Assembly: GCA_963778655.1 (NCBI GenBank)
Contig: CAVZVA010000005.1
Coordinates: forward strand, 64,001-128,000
Origin: an uncultured delta proteobacterium
Lineage (GTDB): Bacteria > Myxococcota_A > Polyangia > Polyangiales > JAFGIB01
Direction: 5' to 3'
Length of the DNA stretch: 64,000 nucleotides
Shown here: positions 20,113 to 31,086 of the stretch, piece by piece
Layout: every line of letters starts with the position of its first letter
Position numbering within the stretch: position 1 is the first letter of the stretch
Program-made: the position numbers and the translations under genes
The notes under the pieces: generated by a model
Seen by the model: only the letters and a program-made list of their open reading frames with translations
Database searches by the model: none
Told to the model about the DNA's origin: nothing

Positions 20113-21327
20113 TCAGCCGGCCTCGGGCGGTCCGGACAGGCGCCGGAAGCAGGCGTAGCCGCACAGCGGGCACAGCGTGGCCAGGGCGAACGCCAGCCCG
20201 TAGGCGCGCAGGTCGAACAGCCGCCCGAACAGCGGCATCGCCAGGGCCAGGCCGGCGCCGTAGGCCCCGGAGCCGATGCCGGCCAGGTAACCCGCGTGCT
20301 GCCGCGAAAACACCTCCGCGCCGTAGCTGATGATCAGCAGCTGGAACGCGGCGGCGGCGAACATCGCCAGAAAGAACAGCGCCAGCACCGGCGCGAGCGC
20401 GTGCAGGTGCGGCAGCAGCGCGAGCGGCAGGCTCAGCACGGCGGCGAAGGGCAACAGGCGGCGCACCGCCGCCAGCCGGCTGCCGGCGCCGCGTGCGACG
20501 CGGTCTGCGAGCCAGCCCCAGAAGAAGATGCCGAGCTCTGAGCCGAGCGGCGGCAGCCACAACAGGGCGCCGATCGCGAGCTGCGAGAGCCCGAGCACGC
20601 GGTGCAGATACAGCGCCGAGCAGTAAACCACGAAGCCGAGCGGCAGCGCCCCGAGCGCGTAGCCGAGCAGGAAACCCCACAGCCGCGGGTCGGAGAAGCG
20701 CGGCTGTGGTCCAGCCACAGAGGCTTCGCCCGCGGCCTCGGCGCCGTCCGCGGGCGTGGCGCGCAGCTCTGCGCGCCGGCTCAGCAGCAGCCAGCCCGCG
20801 ATCCAGGCCAGGCCGATCGCGAAGGTGAAGCCGAACGCCCCGCGCCAGCCGAACAGCGCCGCCACCGGCGTGATCACCAGCGGCGTGAGCACCGCGCCCG
20901 CGGAGCCACCGCTGTAGGTGAGCGCAATGCCGCGCGAGCGGCTCGAGGCCGGCAGCGTCTGCATCACCGTGCGCAGGCCGCCCGGCGCCGCCGCGCCCTC
21001 GCCCAAGCCGAGCAGCGCGCGCGCTGCGGCAAAGCCGGCAAAGCCGCGCGCGAACCCGTGGCTGCCGGAGGCCAGGGTCCACAGCGCCACCGCGGCGGTC
21101 ATGCCCGCGCGCAGTCCCACCCGGTCGAGCACGCGCCCCCACAGCGGGTTGCCGAGCATGAACGCGATCGAGTAGCCGGACACGGCCAGGCCGTATTGGG
21201 CGGTCGAGATCCGCGTCTGTTCCAGAATGGTCGGCGCGAGCAGCGCCAGCGTGTTGCGATCCACGTAGCTGATCACGCTGACCAGCATCATCGATCCCGC
21301 CGGCAACCAACGCCCCAGCCCGCGCAT
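20113..21327 (-). CDS. MFS transporter (ACS/hexuronate-like)
   Basis: ATG 21327; ISYVDRNTL, GRVLDRVGLR, RALLGLGEG; multiple TM segments. Confidence 0.88.
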   Translation of the reverse strand: MRGLGRWLPAGSMMLVSVISYVDRNTLALLAPTILEQTRISTAQYGLAVSGYSIAFMLGNPLWGRVLDRVGLRAGMTAAVALWTLASGSHGFARGFAGFAAARALLGLGEGAAAPGGLRTVMQTLPASSRSRGIALTYSGGSAGAVLTPLVITPVAALFGWRGAFGFTFAIGLAWIAGWLLLSRRAELRATPADGAEAAGEASVAGPQPRFSDPRLWGFLLGYALGALPLGFVVYCSALYLHRVLGLSQLAIGALLWLPPLGSELGIFFWGWLADRVARGAGSRLAAVRRLLPFAAVLSLPLALLPHLHALAPVLALFFLAMFAAAAFQLLIISYGAEVFSRQHAGYLAGIGSGAYGAGLALAMPLFGRLFDLRAYGLAFALATLCPLCGYACFRRLSGPPEAG

Positions 21328-21402
21328 AGGCGCGGCAGAATCCCCCAAAAGCTCGCACAGCGCCAGAAGCGGGAGCGCCACCGCCGCGCTCAAGGACATG
21401 AA

Positions 21403-21492
21403 ATAGGAAGGCGGGAAGGATAGATGAGGGTGCCGAGTTGCAACGCCGGGCGCCGGGGTGGTTCGATCAGAAGCTTCTTCCCGCCTTCCCGC
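21403..21492. repeat. REP-like inverted repeat, copy 3
   Basis: ATAGGAAGGCGGGAAG (21403-21418) and CTTCCCGCCTTCCCGC (21477-21492), between divergent genes. Confidence 0.75.
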
Positions 21493-21545
21493 GGCCATGG
21501 CCGGGGCTCGACAGCGCTTTGGGCTGGATTACACTTCGTAGTGTC

Positions 21546-22391
21546 ATGCGCGTAGCGGCCTCGATGCTCGCGGTGCTTTGCCTGCTGGCCGGGTCGCAGG
21601 CTCGGGCCGACAAGGTGCATCTGGTCGGCGGCACCGTGATCGAGGGCAAGGCCGTGCGGCAGGGCGACAAGGTCGTGGTCGAGCTCGAGGCGGGCGAGAT
21701 GAGCTTGCCCGCGAGCGAGGTCGAGCGCATCGAGCCGTCCGAGTCGGTCGTGCAGCACTTCGAAGCGCAATACGCCAAGCTGCGACCCGGAGACGTCAAG
21801 GGATTGCTGACGCTGGCCGACTACTGCCGCGACCACCAGATGCGCGACCGCGAGCGCCAGATGCTGCTCAAGGTGGTGGAGGTCTCGCCCGACCACGCGG
21901 AGGCGCGCGCGCGCCTAGGCTACGTGCACACCGATGCCGGCTGGGTTACGCGCGAGGATCAGATGCGCGCCCAGGGGATGGTGCTGCACGAGGGCCAGTG
22001 GGTGACGCGCGCGCAGCTGATCGAGATGGAGCGCCTGCAGGCTCAGGCCGACACCGCCGCCCACGAGCGCGACAAGGCGCAAGCCGAGCTCGAGACCAAG
22101 CGCGTGGAGCTGGAGAAAGCGCGGGTCGAGCGCGATCAAGCCGCGGCCAGCGCGGAGCAGAGCACGCCAACCAACGCCGCGACCCCGCCGCCCGCTTACT
22201 ACGGCTATGGCAGCTACGGGTACGGCTACGCCGCGCCGCCCTATGCGTATGCGCCCCATGCGGGCTACGGCGGGCGCGATGGCCGCCGCTGTCTGGACCC
22301 GCCGCGCTGTGCGCGCACGGCTCCAGCCTGGCCCCACCACAGCGCGTTTCCGATTCCCGGCGTCAAGGACCCGTTCGACTATTTGCACTGA
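21546..22391 (+). CDS. Hypothetical secreted protein with coiled coil and Tyr/Gly-rich tail
   Basis: Signal peptide MRVAASMLAVLCLLAGSQARA; DKVHLVGGTVIEG; YYGYGSYGYGY. Confidence 0.75.
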   Translation: MRVAASMLAVLCLLAGSQARADKVHLVGGTVIEGKAVRQGDKVVVELEAGEMSLPASEVERIEPSESVVQHFEAQYAKLRPGDVKGLLTLADYCRDHQMRDRERQMLLKVVEVSPDHAEARARLGYVHTDAGWVTREDQMRAQGMVLHEGQWVTRAQLIEMERLQAQADTAAHERDKAQAELETKRVELEKARVERDQAAASAEQSTPTNAATPPPAYYGYGSYGYGYAAPPYAYAPHAGYGGRDGRRCLDPPRCARTAPAWPHHSAFPIPGVKDPFDYLH

Positions 22392-22473
22392 CCGGCTACG
22401 CCGCCGGCGCGAAAGCGAGAAGCCGCCGTTTGCTGCTCGCCTTCTTGCCTTGCCGTGAAGCCGCGTTTGGCCT

Positions 22474-24306
<1,833 letters not shown>

Positions 24307-24366
24307 AACTGCCGCCCACTATCGACCAGAGCGGCGCTCCGAGCAACGCGCCGGGGCGTGCGACTG

Positions 24367-24933
24367 CTACGGAGAGAGCCCGAGGGAACAGCGAGTGTAT
24401 GCGTCGCTGTTTGCGGCCAGGTAGTCGGACGCCTGCTGGCACTGCGCCGGGCAAAGGAACAGTTGGGTGTGCGCGACGTAGTAGGGCGTCGGGATCTGGT
24501 CGCAAATGGATTGGGGCTCCGTCTCCGGCACGCGGCTGGGCGTCGGCTGGTTGTTCACGAAGTCCATCAGGAACTTGATGGTCGCCGCGCTGACCGGGTC
24601 CTGAGGGTTGTTGGGGATCTCGCAGGCGGCATCGGGGTTGTGGACGATCTTTTCGAGCGCGGAGTACCAGTTGATGAGCTGGGTGCACGCATCCACGGAG
24701 CTGGTCGTCGCGCCGGCGTCCATCGTGCTGCTGCCGCCCGCGCCGCCCGCCGCTCCAGCGCCCGCGCCGCCGGCGCCACCGGCCACCCCTCCTGCTCCGC
24801 CGTCGATGGTCAGCTGCACCGTCGCGACCGAGTCGTTCGCCTGGCTGCAGCCCGCCGCTGCCGCCAATGCGAGCGCGCTCGCCGCGCTCGCTCCCCAGTG
24901 CCGCAAGCTCCCACCCATGGGCCCCGCCAGCAC
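24367..24933 (-). CDS. Hypothetical Cys-containing lipoprotein, last gene of the ECF operon
   Basis: Lipobox AAGC, Gly-rich linker, FLCPAQC motif. Confidence 0.65.
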   Translation of the reverse strand: MLAGPMGGSLRHWGASAASALALAAAAGCSQANDSVATVQLTIDGGAGGVAGGAGGAGAGAAGGAGGSSTMDAGATTSSVDACTQLINWYSALEKIVHNPDAACEIPNNPQDPVSAATIKFLMDFVNNQPTPSRVPETEPQSICDQIPTPYYVAHTQLFLCPAQCQQASDYLAANSDAYTRCSLGLSP

Positions 24934-24934
24934 T

Positions 24935-26563
24935 CTAGCGCCGCGCGTCGAGCTCGGCCAGCCGCTGCTGCAGCGGGCGCGCCTGGAAGCTCCTGGGGTG
25001 GGCCTGCAGGAAGCGCTCGATCGCGTCGCGCTCCTGGCTCGCCTCGCCCAGCGCGCGCAGCGCGCGGATGCGCACGCGCTGCGCTTCCTCCACCAGCGAG
25101 CCGCTGCCGTCGCTCAGGTATCGCTCCAGGTTGTCGAGCGCCAGCCGCGGTTGCCCCAGCCGATCGAGCTGGAGCTCGGCCAGTGACACCAGCACGGTGT
25201 GCGCCTCCGGACTGTCCGGATAGGTCTCGCGCAGGCTCTGGTACGCGGCCGCCGCTTGCTCGAAGCGCCCCACGCGCATCATTCCGCGCGCGCGCCCGAG
25301 CAGCTCGCCGGCCGTGGGCGGCTGAGGCGCGGTAGGCGCCGCCGTGTGCTCGATCCGAGCTCTCGGCGGCCGCCGCGCGCTCGCGCTCGCCGGCTCCTGC
25401 GCCGGCGGCTGCGGCGCCAGTGTGATCTCCGCGCTGCTGAACGCCAGCACCGTGGTCTGCCCCGCCTCGCACGCGAAGTCACGCGTCACCAGCACACGGC
25501 CGTCGAGCCGCGCCTGCAGTCGGTGCTCGCCGGCCGGGATCAGCGAGCTGAGCGGGGCCACGCCGATCAGGTTGTCGTCGAGCCAGACCTCGGCGCCCGC
25601 CGGCAGCCCGCGTAGCGTGAGCGAGGCGGTGACCGGATTGCTCCACAGCCGTGATGGCCTAAGCAACGCCCACTCCGGCGACTCCTCGCTGCGGCTGATC
25701 GACGACAGCGTGGCCGTGCTGTCGTGCACCAGCGAGCGCTGGTGTGCCAGCACCATCCGCTCGCCGCCGCCGTCGCTGCCCACGCGCACCTTGCCGTTGA
25801 GCACCGCGGTGCTCACGCCCGCGGCCGGATCGCGCGCAACCGTGAACGCGGTGCCCACCGCGGTCGACCACACACCGTCCGCCACCACCGAGAGCCGGTA
25901 GCCTTCGGGCTGCGGCGCGAGCTGTACCGCCACCTTGCCCGACTCCAGGTCGAGCCTGCGCCAGGCGCTGTGCGTGCGCGACAGCCGCAGCGCGCTCTGC
26001 TCGCTGGCGCACACGTTGATCTCCGGGTCCATCGCCAGGCAGGCCGTGCCGTGGCCGACCTCGAGCAGGCTGCCCTCGGGCAGCGGCGCCGAGCTGCCGG
26101 CGACCGCCTTGCCGTCGACGCGCACGTCGCCCGATGCGTACACCAGCTCGACCCGCGGCGCGGGCGCGGGCGCCGCGGCGGCGTGCGGCTCCGGCGCGGG
26201 CTTGTGCGGCAACAGCACCGCCGCCACCGCCACTGCCGCGACCGCGGCCGCACCGCTCGCCCACACGAACCAGGGCAAGCGCCCCCCGCGCCTGATCCGC
26301 GACAGCTCGTCGCGCTCCGCCGTGGATGCCTCGTCGGCCAGCCGCGCCAGCACCGTGTCCACCAGCGCGCGGCTCTCCGCGCTCGGCGCGGCGTCGAGCT
26401 CCGCCAGCTGCTCGAGCAGCTCGTGCTCGCGCGCGCAGGCCGGGTGCTCCGCGGCCAGCCGCTCGCAGAACGCGAGCTCCTCGCTGGTGAGCATCTCGCC
26501 CAGGGCCTTGCGGTCCATGAGCTCGGCCCAGCGCCGGTGCTGGTCTTTGTCGTGCTCAGCCAT
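24935..26563 (-). CDS. Anti-sigma-like membrane protein with FecR, PEGA and TPR domains
   Basis: TM segment; FecR-like LDLESGKV...AVGTAFTV; PEGA GAEVWLDD..IGVAP..AGEHRL; TPR-like YPDSPEA; overlaps the sigma gene. Confidence 0.8.
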   Translation of the reverse strand: MAEHDKDQHRRWAELMDRKALGEMLTSEELAFCERLAAEHPACAREHELLEQLAELDAAPSAESRALVDTVLARLADEASTAERDELSRIRRGGRLPWFVWASGAAAVAAVAVAAVLLPHKPAPEPHAAAAPAPAPRVELVYASGDVRVDGKAVAGSSAPLPEGSLLEVGHGTACLAMDPEINVCASEQSALRLSRTHSAWRRLDLESGKVAVQLAPQPEGYRLSVVADGVWSTAVGTAFTVARDPAAGVSTAVLNGKVRVGSDGGGERMVLAHQRSLVHDSTATLSSISRSEESPEWALLRPSRLWSNPVTASLTLRGLPAGAEVWLDDNLIGVAPLSSLIPAGEHRLQARLDGRVLVTRDFACEAGQTTVLAFSSAEITLAPQPPAQEPASASARRPPRARIEHTAAPTAPQPPTAGELLGRARGMMRVGRFEQAAAAYQSLRETYPDSPEAHTVLVSLAELQLDRLGQPRLALDNLERYLSDGSGSLVEEAQRVRIRALRALGEASQERDAIERFLQAHPRSFQARPLQQRLAELDARR

Positions 26564-27170
26564 GTTGCTTCAAGCCCCCCCGGGCTCCGGTTCGCAGCTC
26601 GCGCAGAATCGCGCGGCGGATCTGCTTGCGCGCCGCGACCAGACGATCCTTGACCGTGCCCACCGGCTTCTTGGTCAGCTCGGCGATCTCCTCGGTGGTG
26701 AAGCCGAGCGCGTGCTTCATCACGAGCACGTTGCGCCGGGCCTCCGGCAGCAGCGCCAGGTACTCATCCAGCGGTCGCGGCGTCTGCTCGTGCGCCGGCG
26801 CGTCCTCGCTCTCGTCGTGTCCGCGTAGCTCGTCGGCATCGGTCGTGCCGCCCAGCATCCAGCCGCGCCGGCGTTGCTCGCGCGCGTGCCGCAGCGCGGT
26901 GCGCACCGCGATCCGATCGGCCCAGCGCTCGATGCTGGCTTCCTCGCGGTAGGTGGCGGCGGAACGAAGGATTTCCATCAAAGCGACCTGCGCGGCGTCG
27001 TCGGCATCGGCCGAGTGAGAAAGCAGCCGCCGCGCCAGGCGCTGCACGCGCGGGGCGAGACGGTGGGCAAGCACCCGCTGGGCGTGGGAATCCCCGCCCG
27101 CCACGAGCTTCATCAGCCCAAGGTCCGACTGGCCCCCGGCTGGCCTGGCTCTCCCGGAAACGAGCTGCAT
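26556..27170 (-). CDS. ECF RNA polymerase sigma-70 factor
   Basis: DADDAAQVAL (region 2), WADRIAVR, GFTTEEIAE..PVGTVKDRL (region 4). Confidence 0.92.
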   Translation of the reverse strand: MQLVSGRARPAGGQSDLGLMKLVAGGDSHAQRVLAHRLAPRVQRLARRLLSHSADADDAAQVALMEILRSAATYREEASIERWADRIAVRTALRHAREQRRRGWMLGGTTDADELRGHDESEDAPAHEQTPRPLDEYLALLPEARRNVLVMKHALGFTTEEIAELTKKPVGTVKDRLVAARKQIRRAILRELRTGARGGLKQHG

Positions 27171-27239
27171 GCGTTCACCCGATGAAGTGGCCGGTTGGCC
27201 CCGCTTGGGTCGGCTTTTTCGACACGAAGAGGCCTTCCC

Positions 27240-28625
27240 TCAGAAATAGACCGCAGCCCCCGCTTCCGCCACCGGTCGCAGGCTTGCGGGCCGGAGCAGG
27301 TCCTGGGTTCGCATCCCGGTGGCCGGCGCTGTCTCGGATACTGTGACTGTATATTTGAATTTGTTTAGCAAAATGTCCACGCCGGCTTGCACGAACAGGC
27401 CCAGGCGAGGAAGCGGCTGCAGCTCCGCCCGCAAGCGCGGCGCCAGGGCGGCAAGCAGCCGGGTCCTGGAGCCTAGGTCCGTGACCTGTTGGACGCCGGG
27501 CATAGCCTGTGGGTTCTTGGTGCTGGTCCGAAGCAGCCACTCCAGGACCAGCCCCAGCTCCCCATCCAGGCTGAGCAGCTTGCCCCAGCGCAAGCGGTAG
27601 CCAGCATAGAGCGTGGCTGGGATGCGCTGCAGCTCGGTCTTGACCGGTGAGGTCCCCTCGATCGCGGGTGCCAGCGTGATCGGCCAGGTCAGCAGGTAGC
27701 TCGCGCCTGCGTACAGCGGGGCAAAGCCGAGCCAGGAGACGCTGACGGCCGCTCCGCTGCGCCAGGCGGCCTGGTCGTCGAAGTGGCTGCCCGCGTATGC
27801 GGCCGACAAGCGCAGCGGAAGCTTGGCTGCGTGCCTCGCGGCCGGGACTTTGGCGGCCCCGGTCTCGGCGCTGCTCGCGGGCCTCGCCCCCACTGGGGGC
27901 GCCGCCGGCTTGGAGGAGCCGGGCGGCGGGGCAGCCGAGGCCGCAGGAACCGCTTCGGCTGGCGCAGCCGGCGCGGGCCCGGCCTGGGGTGTGGGTGGGG
28001 GTGCCGCCGTCGTGGATCCCGGTGTCACGGATCCGGCGGGTACAGCGGGCGCAGGTGAGGGCGCCTGCACCGAGGCCAGCGCCTCCGGCCCGCCCTCGAT
28101 CAGCGCCCTGGCCGCCTCCTTGGCCATCACCGCGACCGCCTCGATCGCGGCGGGGCGGCGCTCGTCCTGCGCATCCAAGGGGCGGACCACGATGCGCTCG
28201 CTCTGCCCGTCCATCATGTACACCAGCCAGCGGCCGTCGGGCTGCGGCTCGACCCAGATCGCCGCCAGCAGATCACCGCGTGGCGCCAGCCCTTGCACCT
28301 GGGCCACGCGCTGCCCCAACGAACCGTGCGGGTCTGCCACGGGTTGGAACACCAGCTCGGCGTCCGTCAGCGCGTACTGCGCGAGCAAGGCGTCGCGCAG
28401 CTGCGACTGAGCCACCTGATCGAGCGCCGGCATCAGGAACAGCACGGTCCGGGCCTTGGTGGCGGCCGCTGCCCGGGGCGGCGCGGGCGCCGCGGCCGGG
28501 GCAAAGCCGGGCGCTTGGGGCCGCGGGGCGGGCTGGGCCAGGGCCGCCGCCGCCAGGCCCGCGGTCAGCGTCGAGGCGAGGGCGCTCCGCAGCGCCTTCG
28601 CTCCAACCCCATGCGGCCGCGCCAT
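27240..28625 (-). CDS. Hypothetical exported protein, possibly with a C-terminal outer-membrane beta-barrel
   Basis: Signal peptide, Pro/Ala linker, amphipathic beta-like C-terminal region ending AGAAVYF; upstream of the ECF sigma. Confidence 0.65.
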   Translation of the reverse strand: MARPHGVGAKALRSALASTLTAGLAAAALAQPAPRPQAPGFAPAAAPAPPRAAAATKARTVLFLMPALDQVAQSQLRDALLAQYALTDAELVFQPVADPHGSLGQRVAQVQGLAPRGDLLAAIWVEPQPDGRWLVYMMDGQSERIVVRPLDAQDERRPAAIEAVAVMAKEAARALIEGGPEALASVQAPSPAPAVPAGSVTPGSTTAAPPPTPQAGPAPAAPAEAVPAASAAPPPGSSKPAAPPVGARPASSAETGAAKVPAARHAAKLPLRLSAAYAGSHFDDQAAWRSGAAVSVSWLGFAPLYAGASYLLTWPITLAPAIEGTSPVKTELQRIPATLYAGYRLRWGKLLSLDGELGLVLEWLLRTSTKNPQAMPGVQQVTDLGSRTRLLAALAPRLRAELQPLPRLGLFVQAGVDILLNKFKYTVTVSETAPATGMRTQDLLRPASLRPVAEAGAAVYF

Positions 28626-28690
28626 GTCGCGACGATAGCGCGTTCACCCCCGTTTGATCTTTTGTCGTCGCGGATTGGTATGCTGTCGTG

Positions 28691-29392
28691 GTGACTGCGC
28701 GCGGTGCACAGGGCCGGGCCGTGGCGCGCTGGCCGTGGATCGCCTTGGTCGCTGCGGCCGGGTGCGGTGCCACGTTGGGCGCCGGCGACGCGCCGGCCAC
28801 GGCGCTGCACCCCGGCGACCCCAGCGCGGCCCCCGGGCTGCGCGCGCTGCCGGAGCTGCCCGCGGCGGCGGCCCGCGATGGCGCCACGCACCAGGGGCTG
28901 CTGCTGGCGCGCGAGACCTTCGGCCATGCCCTGCCCGACGCGCCGGCCGATCGGGCCTACACCTCGCTGCAGCACTGGGTCGACACTGAAGTGGCGAGCT
29001 GGATCGAGCAGCGCCGCGCGCAGATCGACGCCACCCGCGATCGCTTCGCGCTGGGAGGCGACCCCGGCGTGGTCGCGCGCATCGTGCGCCACGCGGTGAT
29101 CGGCATGCTCCACGAGGACACCGCGCTCTCGCTCGGCCGGCTACCGGCGCCGAGCGAGCTCGACGACGAGCCCGACATCGCCGCGATGTACCGGGATATC
29201 GTGCGCAGTCAGGCCGACGCGTTCGTGGGCGCGGCGCTGCGCGAGTTGCGCGACTGCGCCAACGAGGCCTACCGCGGCCCGGCGGACATGCGCCCGTGGG
29301 CCGAGTTCTGCCACGCCCGATTCGACCACCTGCGCGCCCAGATCAAATCGCGCAGCACGATGAAGCGCGCCACCGCCAGCGCCAAACCTTGA
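28691..29392 (+). CDS. Hypothetical lipoprotein
   Basis: Lipobox AAGC; high-GC3 ORF; TATGCT 6 nt before GTG 28691. Confidence 0.7.
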   Translation: MTARGAQGRAVARWPWIALVAAAGCGATLGAGDAPATALHPGDPSAAPGLRALPELPAAAARDGATHQGLLLARETFGHALPDAPADRAYTSLQHWVDTEVASWIEQRRAQIDATRDRFALGGDPGVVARIVRHAVIGMLHEDTALSLGRLPAPSELDDEPDIAAMYRDIVRSQADAFVGAALRELRDCANEAYRGPADMRPWAEFCHARFDHLRAQIKSRSTMKRATASAKP

Positions 29393-29424
29393 TCACCCGG
29401 CCCGCCCGCGCCCGCGATCATAGC

Positions 29425-29454
29425 TCGTAGTCGCAGTCGTAGTCGTCCTCGACC
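29425..29454. repeat. Short hexamer-periodic tract (TCGTAG-like)
   Basis: TCGTAG TCGCAG TCGTAG TCGTCC TCGACC between convergent genes; reverse-complement relative at 44553-44574. Confidence 0.5.
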
Positions 29455-29460
29455 CCCGCC

Positions 29461-31086
29461 TCAATACCCGATCAGCACCACCACCGCGATCGCGTGCTCG
29501 AGCGTGTCGTCGCGCGTGCCCTGCGCGATGCCCAGGCCGATCGCGCGCGCGTGCGGGTCCTGCAAGGCGTCGAGCGTGGCGGCCTCGTCGAGCGAGCTGA
29601 CCAGCGTCATCAACGCGCCCAGGCGGGTGTACGGCGGATGGCTGCGCGCGGCGCGCTGGTTGAGGTGGTCGACCACCTCCTGGATCGACTCGTGCGCCTG
29701 TGCCATGAAGAACTCGCGCGCGGCCTGCGCGCACAGCTCGTCGAGCGCCACGTCGCGCTCGAGCGCGGGCAGCCCGCGCCGCGCACGCGCGCGTGTGACC
29801 GCCTCGCCCAGGCGCGCGGGCGCCTGCTCCACGTCGATCGGGTGCGCGAAGCGCGCGAACAGCTCGGTCACGAGATAGGCGGCGCGCTGGTCTTCGCGCG
29901 AGATCACCACGCCAAAGCCGACATCGGTGGCCTCTGGATTGAGCACGTTCTCGCGGTGCCCCGGGCTCTCCATCAAGCCGCGGTGCACCTCGTCGGGGCT
30001 GTAGCCGCGGCCGATGTTCTCGAGCACCAGCGGGGTGCGGATACCGGCGCGCTTGACTCGGTCGCCGGCGTCGCCGGTGGTCTTGGAGGTGTGGCCGATG
30101 AAGCCGTGCTCCTGCATGTCCTGGCTGTGCGCCAGCGCGACCCGGGCCAGCCGCGGGTCGAGCCCGAGCGCGGCCAGCCCGGCGCGCGCGCGGTCCGCGT
30201 TGATCAGCTCGAGCAAGCGCTGCTCGGTCTGCGCCGCGTCGAGGGTCGCGCCTGCGGGCGGCTCCAGCTGCACCTGCAGCTCGGTCACCGGCGGCACGCC
30301 TACGTAGAGCGGGAAGTTCGCCACCACCGTTTCGCCCAGCTGCGAGCTGGCGAGCAGCTCGATGCGGTGCTCGCCCGAGCCGCGCAGCGGCACCGGCAGC
30401 GCGAGCTCGGGGCCCGCCTGAGGCTGGCTGCGGTAGCTGCTGCCGTCCGGATACGAGATCACCAGCGTGGGCGCGCTGAAGCCGTCCTGCAGCCGACCTT
30501 GCAGCTCGAGGCTCGCGCCGGGCGGGACCGCGCGCGGAAACGGGCGCAGCTGCAGCCAGCGCCAGCTCAGCACCAGCACCGAGAACACCACGCCGTCGCG
30601 CCGCAGCGTGGCCGCGCCGTAGTGCGTGTAGCGCTGCGCCGGGAGGATGCTGGCCAGCTCTTGCGCGGTGCGGTCTTCCAGGCGGCCGGCGTCGGCCTGC
30701 GAGAGCACCAGCATGTGCGGCACCGGCTCGGGCAGGCCGAGGTGATGGGTCCATAGATCGATCACGGGGTAGGGCGGCGGATTGCCCTGCGCGTCGAGCT
30801 CGCCGCCCACCCACTCGGCCAGCTGGCCCAGGCGCGCGTCGGGCAGCAGCGGGCGCCCGCTCTGCTGGCTGGCGCGCGCGATGCCGCGTCCGACCTGGTC
30901 GGCGTAGGGCCCGCGCAGCGCCTCACCCGCGGGCGGCTCGCTCTGGTAGCTGTCGGCCGGCGTGCCGGGCGCGACGAAGCGCACGCTCGGCCCTGCGGGC
31001 CCGGGACGGCTGCCGGCGGCCGCGCAGCCCGCCAGCCAGGCGGCGAGCGCGCACGCAGCAACCACGCGTCGGCGGAGCAGACTCAT
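29461..31086 (-). CDS. CAP (SCP/PR-1) domain lipoprotein
   Basis: ATG 31086 overlaps the TraB stop; lipobox LAGC; LINADRARAGL, HSQDM, ENIGRG, MESPGHRENVL. Confidence 0.88.
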   Translation of the reverse strand: MSLLRRRVVAACALAAWLAGCAAAGSRPGPAGPSVRFVAPGTPADSYQSEPPAGEALRGPYADQVGRGIARASQQSGRPLLPDARLGQLAEWVGGELDAQGNPPPYPVIDLWTHHLGLPEPVPHMLVLSQADAGRLEDRTAQELASILPAQRYTHYGAATLRRDGVVFSVLVLSWRWLQLRPFPRAVPPGASLELQGRLQDGFSAPTLVISYPDGSSYRSQPQAGPELALPVPLRGSGEHRIELLASSQLGETVVANFPLYVGVPPVTELQVQLEPPAGATLDAAQTEQRLLELINADRARAGLAALGLDPRLARVALAHSQDMQEHGFIGHTSKTTGDAGDRVKRAGIRTPLVLENIGRGYSPDEVHRGLMESPGHRENVLNPEATDVGFGVVISREDQRAAYLVTELFARFAHPIDVEQAPARLGEAVTRARARRGLPALERDVALDELCAQAAREFFMAQAHESIQEVVDHLNQRAARSHPPYTRLGALMTLVSSLDEAATLDALQDPHARAIGLGIAQGTRDDTLEHAIAVVVLIGY

